Assembly: GCA_964016885.1 (NCBI GenBank)
Contig: CAXHJY010000054.1
Coordinates: forward strand, 120,195-184,194
Origin: Eledone cirrhosa
Lineage: Eukaryota
Direction of reading: 5' to 3'
Length of the DNA stretch: 64,000 bases
Below are positions 14,250 to 27,899 of this stretch, one piece after another (the first letter of the stretch is position 1; each line of letters starts with the position of its first letter). The translations under genes and the position numbers were made by a program. Under the pieces are notes generated by a model. It saw nothing but the letters and a program-made list of their open reading frames with translations, did not search any database and had not been told where the DNA came from.

Positions 14250-16920
14250 TAGCTTAGCTTAGCTTAGCTTAGGATAGCTTAGCTTAGCTTAGCTTAGGAT
14301 AGCTTAGCTTAGCTTAGCTTAGGATAGCTTAGCTTAGGATAGCTTAGCTTAGGATAGCTTAGGATAGCTTAGCTTAGGATAGCTTAGGATAGCTTAGCTT
14401 AGGATAGCTTAGCTTAGGATAGCTTAGGATAGCTTAGCTTAGGATAGCTTAGCTTAGGATAGCTTAGGATAGCTTAGCTTAGCTTAGGATAGCTTAGTTT
14501 AGCTTAGCTTAGGATAGCTTAGCTTAGCTTAGGATAGCTTAGCTTAGCTTAGGATAGCTTAGCTTAGCTTTGCTTAGGATAGCTTAGCTTAGCTTAGGTT
14601 AGGATAGCTTAGCTTAGCTTAGCTTATGATAGCTTAGCTTAGCTTAGCTTAGGATAGCTTAGCTTAGCTTAGCTTAGGATAGCTTAGCTTAGCTTAGGAT
14701 AGCTTAGCTTAGCTTAGGATAGCTTAGCTTAGCTTAGGATAGCTTAGCTTAGCTTAGCTTAGGATAGCTTAGCTTAGCTTTGCTTAGGATAGCTTAGCTT
14801 AGGTTAGCTTAGGATAGCTTAGCTTAGGATAGCTTAGCTTAGCTTAGCTTAGGATAGCTTAGCTTAGCTTAGCTTAGGATAGCTTAGATTAGCTTAGCTT
14901 AGGATAGCTTAGCTTAGCTTAGGATAGCTTAGCTTAGCTTAGCTTAGGATAGCTTAGCTTAGCTTAGCTTAGGATAGCTTAGCTTAGCTTAGCTTAGGAT
15001 AGCTTAACTTAGCTTAGCTTAGGATAGCTTAGCTTAGCTTAGCTTAGGATAGCTTAGCTTAGCTTAGCTTAGGATAACTTAGCTTAGCTTAGCTTAGCTT
15101 AGGATAGCTTAGCTTAGGATAGCTTAGCTTAGCTTAGCTTAGGATAGCTTAGCTTAGCTTAGCTTAGGATAGCTTAGCTTAGCTTAGCTTAGGATAGCTT
15201 AGCTTAGCTTAGCTTAGCTTAGGATAGCTTAGCTTAGCTTAGCTTAGGATAGCTTAGCTTAGCTTAGCTTAGCTTAGCTTAGCTTAGGATAGCTTAGCTT
15301 AGCTTAGCTTAGGATAGCTTAGCTTAGCTTGGCTTAGGATAGCTTAGCTTAGCTTAGCTTAGGATAGCTTAGGATAGCTTAGCTTAGGATAGCTTAGGAT
15401 AGCTTATCTTAGGATAGCTTAGCTTAGGATAGCTTAGGATAGCTTAGCTTAGGATAGCTTAGGATAGCTTAGCTTAGGATAGCTTAGCTTAGGATAGCTT
15501 AGGATAGCTTAGCTTAGCTTAGCTTTGGATAGCTTAGCTTAGCTTAGCTTTGGATAGCTTAGCTTAGCTTAGCTTTGGATAGCTTAGCTTAGCTTAGCTT
15601 TGGAAAGCTTAGCTTAGCTTAGCTTAGGATAGCTTAGCTTAGCTTAGCTTAGGATAGCTTAGGATAGCTTAGCTTAGGATAGCTTAGGATAGCTTAGCTT
15701 AGGATAGCTTAGCTTAGGATAGCTTAGCTTAGCTTAGCTTAGGATAGCTTAGCTTGGGATAGCTTAGGATAGCTTAGCTTAGGATAGCTTAGCTTAGGAT
15801 AGCTTAGGATAGCTTAGCTTAGGATAGCTTAGCTTAGCTTAGGATAGCTTAGCTTAGCTTGGCTTAGGATAGCTTAGCTTAGCTTAGCTTAGGATAGCTT
15901 AGGATAGCTTAGCTTAGGATAGCTTAGGATAGCTTATCTTAGGATAGCTTAGCTTAGGATAGCTTAGCTTAGGATAGCTTAGGATAGCTTAGCTTAGGAT
16001 AGCTTAGGATAGCTTAGCTTAGGATAGCTTAGCTTAGGATAGCTTAGGATAGCTTAGCTTAGCTTAGCTTTGGATAGCTTAGCTTAGCTTAGCTTAGGAT
16101 AGCTTAGGATAGCTTAGGATAGCTTAGCTTAGGATAGCTTAGGATAGCTTAGCTTAGGATAGCTTAGGATAGCTTAGCTTAGGATAGCATAGCTTAGGAT
16201 AGCTTAGCTTAGCTTAGCTTAGGATAGCTTAGCTTGGGATAGCTTAGGATAGCTTAGCTTAGGATAGCTTAGCTTAGGATAGCTTAGCTTAGGATAGCTT
16301 AGGATAGCTTAGGATAGCTTAGCTTAGGATAGCTTAGCTTAGCTTAGCTTAGGATAGCTTAGCTTAGCTTAGGATAGCTTAGCTTAGCTTAGCTTAGGAT
16401 AGCTTAGCTTAGCTTAGCTTAGGTAGCTTAGCTTAGCTTAGCTTAGGATAGCTTAGCTTAGCTTAGCTTAGGATATCTTAGGTTAGCTTAGGATAGCTTA
16501 GCTTAGCTTAGCTTAGGATAGCTTAGCTTAGGATAGCTTAGCTTAGGATAGCTTAGCTTAGGATAGCTTAGGATAGCTTAGCTTAGGATAGCTTAGGATA
16601 GCTTAGCTTAGGATAGCTTAGCTTAGCTTAGGATAGCTTAGCTTAGCTTAGGATAGCTTAGCTTAGCTTAGCTTAGGATAGCTTAGCTTAGGATAGCTTA
16701 GGATAGCTTAGCTTAGCTTAGCTTAGGATAGCTTAGCATAGCTTAGGATAGCTTAGCTTAGCTTAGGATAGCTTAGCTTAGCTTAGGATAGCTTAGGATA
16801 GCTTAGCTTAGGATAGCTTAGCTTAGCTTAGCTTAGGATAGCTTAGCTTAGCTTAGCTTAGGATAGCTTAGCTTAGCTTAGCTTAGGATAGCTTAGCTTA
16901 GCTTAGCTTAGGATAGCTTA
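14250..16920 (+). repeat. Segmental duplication B, copy 2 (ends approximate)
   Basis: Same ordered variant series as 8830-11470. It carries one additional GCTTT-GGATA 25-mer near 15520-15600, consistent with the offset rising by 25. Confidence 0.88.
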
Positions 16921-19900
16921 GCTTAGCTTAGCTTAGGATAGCTTAGCTTAGCTTAGGATAGCTTAGCTTAGGATAGCTTAGCTTAGCTTAGGATAGCTTA
17001 GCTTAGCTTAGCTTAGGATAGCTTAGCTTAGCTTAGGAGAGCTTAGCTTAGCTTGGCTTAGGATAGCTTAGCTTAGCTTAGCTTAGGATAGCTTAGGATA
17101 GCTTAGCTTAGGATAGCTTAGGATAGCTTAGCTTAGGATAGCTTAGCTTAGGATAGCTTAGCTTAGCTTAGGATAGCTTAGCTTGGGATAGCTTAGGATA
17201 GCTTAGCTTAGGATAGCTTAGCTTAGGATAGCTTAGCTTAGGATAGCTTAGGATAGCTTAGCTTAGCTTAGCTTAGGATAGCTTAGCTTAGCTTAGCTTA
17301 GGATAGCTTAGCTTAGCTTAGGATAGCTTAGCTTAGCTTGGCTTAGGATAGCTTAGCTTAGCTTAGCTTAGGATAGCTTAGGATAGCTTAGCTTAGGATA
17401 GCTTAGGATAGCTTATCTTAGGATAGCTTAGCTTAGGATAGCTTAGCTTAGGATAGCTTAGGATAGCTTAGCTTAGGATAGCTTAGGATAGCTTAGCTTA
17501 GGATAGCTTAGCTTAGGATAGCTTAGGATAGCTTAGCTTAGCTTAGCTTTGGATAGCTTAGCTTAGCTTAGCTTAGGATAGCTTAGCTTAGCTTAGCTTA
17601 GGATAGCTTAGGATAGCTTAGCTTAGGATAGCTTAGGATAGCTTAGCTTAGGATAGCTTAGGATAGCTTAGCTTAGGATAGCATAGCTTAGGATAGCTTA
17701 GCTTAGCTTAGCTTAGGATAGCTTAGCTTGGGATAGCTTAGGATAGCTTAGCTTAGGAGAGCTTAGCTTAGGATAGCTTAGGATAGCTTAGCTTAGGATA
17801 GCTTAGCTTAGCTTAGCTTAGGATAGCTTAGCTTAGCTTAGGATAGCTTAGCTTAGCTTAGCTTAGGATAGCTTAGCTTAGCTTAGCTTAGGATATCTTA
17901 GGTTAGCTTAGGATAGCTTAGCTTAGCTTAGCTTAGGATAGCTTAGCTTAGGATAGCTTAGCTTAGGATAGCTTAGCTTAGGATAGCTTAGGATAGCTTA
18001 GCTTAGGATAGCTTAGGATAGCTTAGCTTAGGATAGCTTAGCTTAGGATAGCTTAGCTTAGGATAGCTTAGCTTAGGATAGCTTAGCTTAGGATAGCTTA
18101 GGATAGCTTAGCTTAGGATAGCTTAGGATAGCTTAGCTTAGGATAGCTTAGCTTAGGATAGCTTAGGATAGCTTAGCTTAGCTTAGCTTAGGATAGCTTA
18201 GCATAGCTTAGGATAGCTTAGCTTAGCTTAGGATAGCTTAGCTTAGCTTAGGATAGCTTAGGATAGCTTAGCTTAGGATAGCTTAGCTTAGCTTAGCTTA
18301 GGATAGCTTAGCTTAGCTTAGCTTAGGATAGCTTAGCTTAACTTAGCTTAGGATAGCTTAGCTTAGCTTAGCTTAGGATAGCTTAGCTTAGCTTAGCTTA
18401 GGATAGCTTAGCTTAGCTTAGGATAGCTTAGCTTAGCTTAGCTTAGGATAGCTTAGCTTAGCTTAGGAGAGCTTAGCTTAGCTCAGCTTAGGATAGCTTA
18501 GCTTAGCTTGGCTTAGGATAGCTTAGCTTAGCTTAGCTTCGGATAGCTTAGCTTGGCTTAGCTTAGGATAGCTTAGCTTAGATTAGCTTAGGATAGCTTA
18601 GCTTAGCTTAGCTTAGGATAGCTTAGCTTACTTTAGGATAGCTTAGCTTAGCTTAGCTTAGGATAGCTTAGCTTAGCTTGGCTTAGGATAGCTTAGCTTA
18701 GCTTAGCTTAGGATAGCTTAGCTTTGGATAGCTTAGGATAGCTTAGCTTAGGATAGCTTAGCTTAGGATAGCTTAGCTTAGGATAGCTTAGGATAGCTTA
18801 GCTTAGGATAGCTTAGGATAGCTTAGCTTAGGATAGCTTAGGATAGCTTAGCTTAGGATAGCTTAGCTTAGGATAGCTTAGCTTAGCTTAGCTTAGGATA
18901 GCTTAGCCTAGCTTAGCTTAGGATAGCTTAGGATAGCTTAGCTTAGGATAGCTTTGGATAGCTTAGCTTAGGATAGCTTAGCTTAGGATAGCTTAGCTTA
19001 GGATAGCTTAGGATAGCTTAGCTTAGGATAGCTTAGGATATCTTAGCTTAGGATAGCTTAGCTTAGGATAGCTTAGGATAGCTTAGCTTAGCATAGGATA
19101 GCTTAGCTTAGCTTAGCTTAGCTTAGCTTAGGATAGCTTAGCTTAGCTTAGCTTAGGATAGCTTAGGATAGCTTAGGATAGCTTAGGATAGCTTAGCTTA
19201 GGATAGCTTAGCTTAGGATAGCTTAGCTTAGGATAGCTTAGCTTAGCTTAGCTTAGGTTAGCTTAGCTTAGGATAGCTTACGATAGCTTAGCTTAGGATA
19301 GCTTAGCTTAGGATAGCTTAGGATAGCTTAGCTTAGCTTAGCTAAGGATAGCTTAGCTTAGCTTAGGATAGCTTAGCTTAGCTTAGCTTAGGATAGCTTA
19401 GCTTAGCTTAGCTTAGGATAGCTTAGCTTAGCTTAGCTTAGGATAGCTTAGCTTAGCTTAGAATAGCTTAGGATAGCTTAGCTTAGGATAGCTTAGGATA
19501 GCTTAGCTTAGCTTAGGATAGCTTAGCTTAGCTTAGCTTAGGATAGCTTAGCTTAGCTTAGGATAGCTTAGCTTAGCTTAGCTTAGGATAGCTTAGCTTA
19601 GCTTAGGATAGCTTAGCTTAGCTTAGCTTAGGATAGCTTAGGATAGCTTAGGATAGCTTAGCTTAGCTTAGCTTAGGATAGCTTAGCTTAGCTTGGCTTA
19701 GGATAGCTTAGCTTAGCTTAGCTTAGGATAGCTTAGCTTAGCTTAGCTTAGGATAGCTTAGCTTAGCTTAGCTTAGGATAGCTTAGCTTAGCTTAGCTTA
19801 GGATAGCTTAGCTTAGCTTAGCTTAGGATAGCTTAGCTTAGCTTAGCTTAGGATAGCTTAGCTTAGCTTAGGATAGCTTAGCTTAGCTTAGCTTAGGATA

Positions 19901-22900
19901 GCTTAGCTTAGCTTAGCTTAGGATAGCTTAGCTTAGCTTAGCTTAGGATAGCTTAGCTTAGCTTAGGATAGCTTAGCTTAGCTTAGCTTAGGATAGCTTA
20001 GCTTAGCTTAGGATAGCTTAGCTTAGCTTAGCTTAGGATAGCTTAGCTTAGCTTAGGATAGCTTAGCTTAGCTTAGCTTAGGATAGCTTAGCTTAGCTTA
20101 GGATAGCTTAGCTTAGCTTAGCTTAGGATAGCTTAGCTTAGCTTAGCATAGCTTAGCTTAGCTTAGCTTAGGATAGGATAGCTTAGCTTAGCTTAGCTTA
20201 GGATAGCTTAGGATAGCTTAGGATAGCTTACCTTAGGAGAGCTTAGCTTAGGATAGCTTAGCTTAGGATAGCTTAGGATAGCTTAGCTTAGCTTAGGATA
20301 GCTTAGCTTAGCTTAGGATAGCTTAGGATAGCTTAGCTTAGGATAGCTTAGCTTAGGATAGCTTAGCTTAGGATAGCTTAGGATAGCTTAGCTTAGCTTA
20401 GGATAGCTTAGCTTAGCTTAGCTTTGGATAGCTTAGCTTAGCTTAGCTTAGGATAGCTTAGCTTAGCTTAGCTTAGGATAGCTTAGGATAGCTTAGCTTG
20501 GGATAGCTTAGCTTAGAATAGCTTAGCTTAGCTTAGCTTAGGATAGCTTAGCTTGGGATAGCTTAGGATAGCTTAGGATAGCTTAGGATAGCTTAGCTTA
20601 GCTTAGCTTAGGATAGCTTAGCTTAGCTTAGCTTAGGATAGCTTAGCTTAGCTTAGCTTAGGATAGCTTAGCTTAGCTTAGGATAGCTTAGCTTAGCTTA
20701 GCTTAGGATAGCTTAGCTTAGCTTAGCTTAGCTTAGGATAGCTTAGCTTAGCTTAGCTTAGGATAGCTTAGCTTAGCTTAGCTTAGGATAGCTTAGCTTA
20801 GCTTAGCTTAGGATAGCTTAGCTTAGGATAGCTTAGCTTAGGATAGCTTAGCTTAGGTTAGCTTAGCTTAGCTTAGGATAGCTTAGGATAGCTTAGCTTA
20901 GGATAGCTTAGGATAGCTTAGCTTAGGATAGCTTAGGATAGCTTAGCTTAGGATAGCTTAGGATAGCTTAGCTTAGGTAGCTTATCTTAGCTTAGCTTAG
21001 GATAGCTTAGCTTAGCTTAGGATAGCTTAGCTTAGCTTAGCTTAGGATATCTTAGCTTAGGATAGCTTAGCTTAGGATAGCTTAGGATAGCTTAGCTTAG
21101 GATAGCTTAGGATAGCTTAGCTTAGGTAGCTTATCTTAGCTTAGCTTAGGATAGCTTAGCTTAGCTTAGGATAGCTTAGCTTAGCTTAGCTTAGGATAGC
21201 TTAGCTTAGGATAGCTTAGGATAGCTTAGCTTAGCTTAGCTTAGGATAGCTTAGCATAGCTTAGGATAGCTTAGCTTAGCTTAGGATAGCTTAGCTTAGC
21301 TTAGGATAGCTTAGCTTAGCTTAGCTTAGGATAGCTTAGCTTAGCTTAGCTTAGGATAGCTTAGCTTAGCTTAGCTTAGGATAGCTTAGCTTAGCTTAGC
21401 TTAGGATAGCTTAGCTTAGCTTAGGATAGCTTAGCTTAGCTTGGCTTAGGATAGCTTAGCTTAGCTTAGCTTAGGATAGCTTAGCTTAGCTTAGCTTAGG
21501 ATAGCTTAGCTTAGCTTAGGATAGCTTATCTTAGTTTAGGATAGCTTAGCTTAGCTTGGCTTAGGATAGCTTAGCTTAGCTTGGCTTAGGATAGCTTAGC
21601 TTAGCTTAGCTTAGGATAGCTTAGCTTAGGATAGCTTAGGATAGCTTAGCTTAGGATAGCTTAGGATAGCTTAGCTTAGGATAGCTTAGGATAGCTTAGC
21701 TTAGGATAGCTTAGCTTAGGATAGCTTAGGATAGCTTAGCTTAGGATAGCTTAGGATAGCTTAGCTTAGGATAGCTTAGCTTAGGATAGCTTAGGATAGC
21801 TTAGCTTAGGATAGCTTAGGATAGCTTAGCTTAGGATAGCTTAGCTTAGGATAGCTTAGCTTAGCTTAGCTTAGCTTAGCTTAGCTTAGCTTAGGATAGC
21901 TTAGGATAGCTTAGCTTAGGATAGCTTAGGATAGCTTAGCTTAGGATAGCTTTGGATAGATTAGCTTAGGATAGCTTAGCTTAGGATAGCTTAGCTTAGG
22001 ATAGCTTAGGATAGCTTAGCTTAGGATAGCTTAGGATAGCTTAGCTTAGCTTAGGATAGCTTAGGATAGCTTAGGTTAGCTTAGCTTAGGATAGCTTAGG
22101 ATAGCTTAGGATAGCTTAGCTTAGCTTAGGATAGCTTAGCTTAGCTTAGCTTAGGATAGCTTAGCTTATCTTAGCTTAGGATAGCTTAGCTTAGCTTAGG
22201 ATAGCTTAGCTTAGCTTAGCTTAGGATAGCTTAGCTTAGGATAGCTTAGGATAGCTTAGCTTAGCTTAGCTTAGGATAGCTTAGCTTAGCTTAGCTTAGG
22301 ATAGCTTAGCTTAGCTTAGGATAGCTTAGCTTAGCTTAGCTTAGGATAGCTTAGCTTAGCTTAGCTTATGATAGCTTAGCTTAGCTTAGGATAGCTTAGC
22401 TTAGCTTAGGATAGCTTAGCTTAGCTTAGCTTAGGATAGCTTAGCTTAGCTTAGCTTAGGATAGCTTAGCTTAGCTTAGCTTAGGATAGCTTAGCTTAGC
22501 TTAGGATAGCTTAGCTTAGCTTAGGATAGCTTAGCTTAGCTTAGCTTAGGATAGCTTAGCTTAGCTTAGGATAGCTTAGCTTAGCTTAGCTTAGGATAGC
22601 TTAGCTTAGCTTAGCTTAGGATAGCTTAGCTTAGCTTAGCTTAGGATAGCTTAGCTTAGCTTAGCTTAGCTTAGCTTAGGATAGCTTAGCTTAGCTTAGC
22701 TTAGCTTAGTTTAGCTTAGCTTAGGATAGCTTAGCTTAGCTTAGCTTAGGATAGCTTAGCTTAGCTTAGCTTAGGATAGCTTAGCTTAGCTTAGCTTAGG
22801 ATAGCTTAGCTTAGCTTAGCTTAGCTTAGCTTAGGATAGCTTAGCTTAGCTTAGCTTAGCTTAGTTTAGCTTAGCTTAGGATAGCTTAGCTTAACTTAGG

Positions 22901-25529
22901 ATAGCTTAGCTTAGCTTAGCTTAGGATAGCTTAGCTTAGCTTAGCTTAGGATAGCTTAGCTTAGCTTAGCTTAGGATAGCTTAGCTTAGCTTAGCTTAGG
23001 ATAGCTTAGCTTAGCTTAGCTTAGGATAGCTTAGCTTAGCTTAGGATAGCTTAGCTTAGCTTAGCATAGCTTAGCTTAGCTTAGCTTAGGATAGCTTAGC
23101 TTAGCTTAGCTTAGGATAGCTTAGCTTAGCTTAGCTTAGGATAGCTTAGGATAGCTTAGCTTAGGTTAGCTTAGCTTAGGATAGCTTAGGATAGCTTAGC
23201 TTAGGATAGCTTAGGATAGCTTAGCTTAGGATAGCTTAGGATAGCTTAGCTTAGCTTAGCTTAGGATAGCTTAGCTTAGCTTAGCTTAGGATAGCTTAGC
23301 TTAGCTTAGCTTAGCTTAGGATAGCTTAGCTTAGCTTAGCTTAGGATAGCTTAGCTTAGCTTAGCTTAGGATAGCTTAGGATAGCTTAGGATAGCTTAGC
23401 TTAGGATAGCTTAGCTTAGGATAGCTTAGCTTAGCTTAGCTTAGGATAGCTTAGCTTAGGATAGCTTAGGATAGCTTAGCTTAGGATAGCTTAGCTTAGG
23501 ATAGCTTAGGATAGCTTAGCTTAGCTTAGCTTAGCTTAGCTTAGCTTAGGATAGCTTAGCTTAGCTTAGCTTAGGATAGCTTAGCTTAGCTTAGCTTAGC
23601 TTAGCTTAGCTTAGGATAGCTTAGCTTAGGATAGCTTAGCTTAGCTTAGCTTAGGATAGCTTAGCTTAGCTTAGGATAGCTTAGCTTAGCTTAGCTTAGG
23701 ATAGCTTAGCTTAGCTTAGCTTAGGATAGCTTAGCTTAGCTTAGGATAGCTTAGCTTAGCTTAGCTTAGGATAGCTTAGCTTAGCTTAGCTTAGGATCGC
23801 TTAGCTTAGCTTAGCTTAGGATAGCTTAGCTTAACTTAGCTTAGGATAGCTTAGCTTAGCTTAGCTTAGGATAGCTTAGTTTAGCTTAGCTTAGGATAGC
23901 TTAGCTTAGCTTAGCTTAGGATCGCTTAGCTTAGCTTAGCTTAGGATAGCTTAGCTTAGCTTAGTTTAGCTTAGCTTAGGATAGCTTAGCTTAGGATAGC
24001 TTAGCTTAGCTTAGGATAGCTTAGCTTAGCTTAGCTTAGGATAGCTTAGCTTAGCTTAGGATAGCTTAGGATAGCTTAGCTTAGGAGAGCTTAGCTTAGC
24101 TTAGCTTAGGATAGCTTAGCTTAACTTAGCTTAGGATAGCTTAGCTTAGCTTAGCTTAGGATAGCTTAGCTTAGCTTAGCTTAGGATAGCTTAGGATAGC
24201 TTACCTTAGGAGAGCTTAGCTTAGGATAGCTTAGCTTAGGATAGCTTAGGATAGCTTAGGATAGCTTAGCTTAGCTTAGCTTAGCTTAGCTTAGCTTAGC
24301 TTAGGATAGCTTAGCTTAGCTTAGCTTAGGATAGGTTAGCTTAGCTTAGCTTAGGATAGCTTAGCTTAGCTTAGCTTAGCATAGCTTAGGATAGCTTAGC
24401 TTAGGATAGCTTAGCTTAGCTTAGCTTAGGATAGCTTAGCTTAGCTTAGGATAGCTTAGCTTAGCTTAGCTTAGGATAGCTTAGCTTAGGATAGCTTAGG
24501 ATAGCTTAGCTTAGCTTAGCTTAGGATAGCTTAGCTTAGGATAGCTTAGGATAGCTTAGCTTAGCTTAGCTTAGGATAGCTTAGCTTAGCTTAGCTTAGG
24601 ATAGCTTAGCTTAGCTTAGGATAGCTTAGCTTAGCTTAGCTTAGGATAGCTTAGCTTAGCTTAGCTTAGGATAGCTTAGCTTAGCTTAGCTTAGCTTTGC
24701 TTAGGATAGCTTAGTTTAGCTTAGCTTAGGATAGCTTAGCTTAGCTTAGCTTAGGATAGCTTAGCTTAGCTTAGCTTAGGATAGCTTAGGATAGCTTAGC
24801 TTATCTTAGGATAGCTTAGCTTAGCTTAGGATAGCTTAGGATAGCTTAGCTTAGGATAGCTTAGGATAGCTTAGCTTAGGATAGCTTAGGATAGCTTAGC
24901 TTAGCTTAGCTTAGGATAGCTTAGCTTAGCTTAGCTTAGGATAGCTTAGCTTAGCTTAGGATAGCTTAGCTTAGGATAGCTTAGCTTAGGATAGCTTAGG
25001 ATAGCTTAGCTTAGGATAGCTTAGCTTAGCTTAGCTTAGGATAGCTTAGCTTAGCTTAGCTTAGGATAGCTTAGCTTAGGATAGCTTAGGATAGCTTAGC
25101 TTAGGATAGCTTAGGATAGCTTAGCTTAGCTTAGCTTAGGATAGCTTAGCTTAGCTTAGCTTAGGATAGCTTAGGATAGCTTAGCTTAGCTTAGCTTAGG
25201 ATAGCTTAGCTTAGCTTAGCTTAGGATAGCTTAGCTTAGCTTAGGATAGCCTAGCTTAGCTTAGCTTAGGATGGCTTAGCTTAGCTTAGCTTAGGATAGC
25301 TTAGCTTAGTTTAGGATAGCTTAGCTTAGGATAGCTTAGCTTAGGATAGCTTAGGATAGCTTAGCTTAGGATAGCTTAGGATAGCTTAGCTTAGGATAGC
25401 TTAGCTTAGGATAGCTTAGGAAAGCTTAGCTTAGCTTAGCTTAGCATAGCTTAGCTTAGCTTAGCTTAGGATAGCTTAGCTTAGCTTAGCTTAGGATAGC
25501 TTAGCTTAGCTTAGCTTAGGATAGCTTAG

Positions 25530-27300
25530 GATAGCTTAGCTTAGGTTAGCTTAGCTTAGGATAGCTTAGGATAGCTTAGCTTAGGATAGCTTAGGATAGC
25601 TTAGCTTAGGATAGCTTAGGATAGCTTAGCTTAGCTTAGCTTAGGATAGCTTAGCTTAGCTTAGCTTAGGATAGCTTAGCTTAGCTTAGCTTAGCTTAGG
25701 ATAGCTTAGGATAGCTTAGGATAGCTTAGCTTAGGATAGCTTAGCTTAGGATAGCTTAGCTTAGCTTAGCTTAGGATAGCTTAGCTTAGGATAGCTTAGG
25801 ATAGCTTAGCTTAGGATAGCTTAGCTTAGGATAGCTTAGGATAGCTTAGCTTAGCTTAGCTTAGCTTAGCTTAGCTTAGGATAGCTTAGCTTAGCTTAGG
25901 ATAGCTTAGCTTAGCTTAGGATAGCTTAGCTTAGCTTAGCTTAGGATAGCTTAGCTTAGCTTAGCTTAGCTTAGCTTAGCTTAGGATAGCTTAGCTTAGC
26001 TTAGCTTAGGATAGCTTAGCTTAGGATAGCTTAGCTTAGGATAGCTTAGCTTAGGATAGCTTAGCTTAGCTTAGGATAGCTTAGCTTAGCTTAGCTTAGG
26101 ATAGCTTAGCTTAGCTTAGCTTAGGATAGCTTAGCTTAGCTTAGCTTAGGATAGCTTAGCTTAGGTTAGCTTAGCTTAGGATAGCTTAGGATAGCTTAGC
26201 TTAGGATAGCTTAGGATAGCTTAGCTTAGGATAGCTTAGGATAGCTTAGCTTAGCTTAGCTTAGGATAGCTTAGCTTAGCTTAGCTTAGGATAGCTTAGC
26301 TTAGCTTAGCTTAGCTTAGGATAGCTTAGGATAGCTTAGGATAGCTTAGCTTAGGATAGCTTAGCTTAGGATAGCTTAGCTTAGCTTAGCTTAGGATAGC
26401 TTAGCTTAGGATAGCTTAGGATAGCTTAGCTTAGGATAGCTTAGCTTAGGATAGCTTAGGATAGCTTAGCTTAGCTTAGCTTAGCTTAGCTTAGCTTAGG
26501 ATAGCTTAGCTTAGCTTAGGATAGCTTAGCTTAGCTTAGGATAGCTTAGCTTAGCTTAGCTTAGGATAGCTTAGCTTAGCTTAGCTTAGCTTAGCTTAGC
26601 TTAGGATAGCTTAGCTTAGCTTAGCTTAGGATAGCTTAGCTTAGGATAGCTTAGCTTAGGATAGCTTAGCTTAGGATAGCTTAGCTTAGCTTAGGATAGC
26701 TTAGCTTAGCTTAGCTTAGGATAGCTTAGCTTAGCTTAGCTTAGGATAGCTTAGCTTAGCTTAGCTTAGGATAGCTTAGCTTAGGTTAGCTTAGCTTAGG
26801 ATAGCTTAGGATAGCTTAGCTTAGGATAGCTTAGGATAGCTTAGCTTAGGATAGCTTAGGATAGCTTAGCTTAGCTTAGCTTAGGATAGCTTAGCTTAGC
26901 TTAGCTTAGGATAGCTTAGCTTAGCTTAGCTTAGCTTAGGATAGCTTAGGATAGCTTAGGATAGCTTAGCTTAGGATAGCTTAGCTTAGGCTTGCTTAGC
27001 TTAGCTTAGCTTAGGATAGCTTAGCTTAGGATAGCTTAGGATAGCTTAGCTTAGGATAGCTTAGCTTAGGATAGCTTAGGATAGCTTAGCTTAGCTTAGC
27101 TTAGCTTAGCTTAGCTTAGGATAGCTTAGCTTAGCTTAGCTTAGGATAGCTTAGCTTAGCTTAGGATAGCTTAGCTTAGCTTAGCTTAGGATAGCTTAGC
27201 TTAGCTTAGCTTAGCTTAGCTTAGCTTAGGATAGCTTAGCTTAGCTTAGCTTAGGATAGCTTAGCTTAGGATAGCTTAGCTTAGGATAGCTTAGCTTAGC
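25530..27300 (+). repeat. Tandem ~620-bp higher-order repeat, about 3 copies
   Basis: GGTTA marker at 25544, 26164 and 26784 (spacing 620, 620) with matching unit order between markers. The third copy has a private GGCTT variant at 26989. Confidence 0.85.
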
Positions 27301-27899
27301 TTAGCTTAGGATAGCTTAGCTTAGCTTAGGATAGCTTAGCTTAGCTTAGCTTAGGATAGCTTAGCTTAGCTTAGCTTAGGATCGCTTAGCTTAGCTTAGC
27401 TTAGGATAGCTTAGCTTAGCTTAGTTTAGCTTAGCTTAGGATAGCTTAGCTTAGGATAGCTTAGCTTAGCTTAGGATAGCTTAGCTTAGCTTAGCTTAGG
27501 ATAGCTTAGCTTAGCTTAGGATAGCTTAGGATAGCTTAGCTTAGGAGAGCTTAGCTTAGCTTAGCTTAGGATAGCTTAGCTTAACTTAGCTTAGGAGAGC
27601 TTAGCTTAGCTTAGCTTAGGATAGCTTAGCTTAGCTTAGCTTAGGATAGCTTAGCTTAGCTTAGGATAGCTTAGCTTAGCTTAGCTTAGGATAGCTTAGG
27701 ATAGCTTACCTTAGGAGAGCTTAGCTTAGGATAGCTTAGCTTAGGATAGCTTAGCTTAGGATAGCTTAGGATAGCTTAGGATAGCTTAGCTTAGCATAGC
27801 TTAGGATAGCTTAGCTTAGCTTAGCTTAGGATAGGTTAGCTTAGCTTAGCTTAGGATAGCTTAGCTTAGCTTAGCTTAGCATAGCTTAGGATAGCTTAG

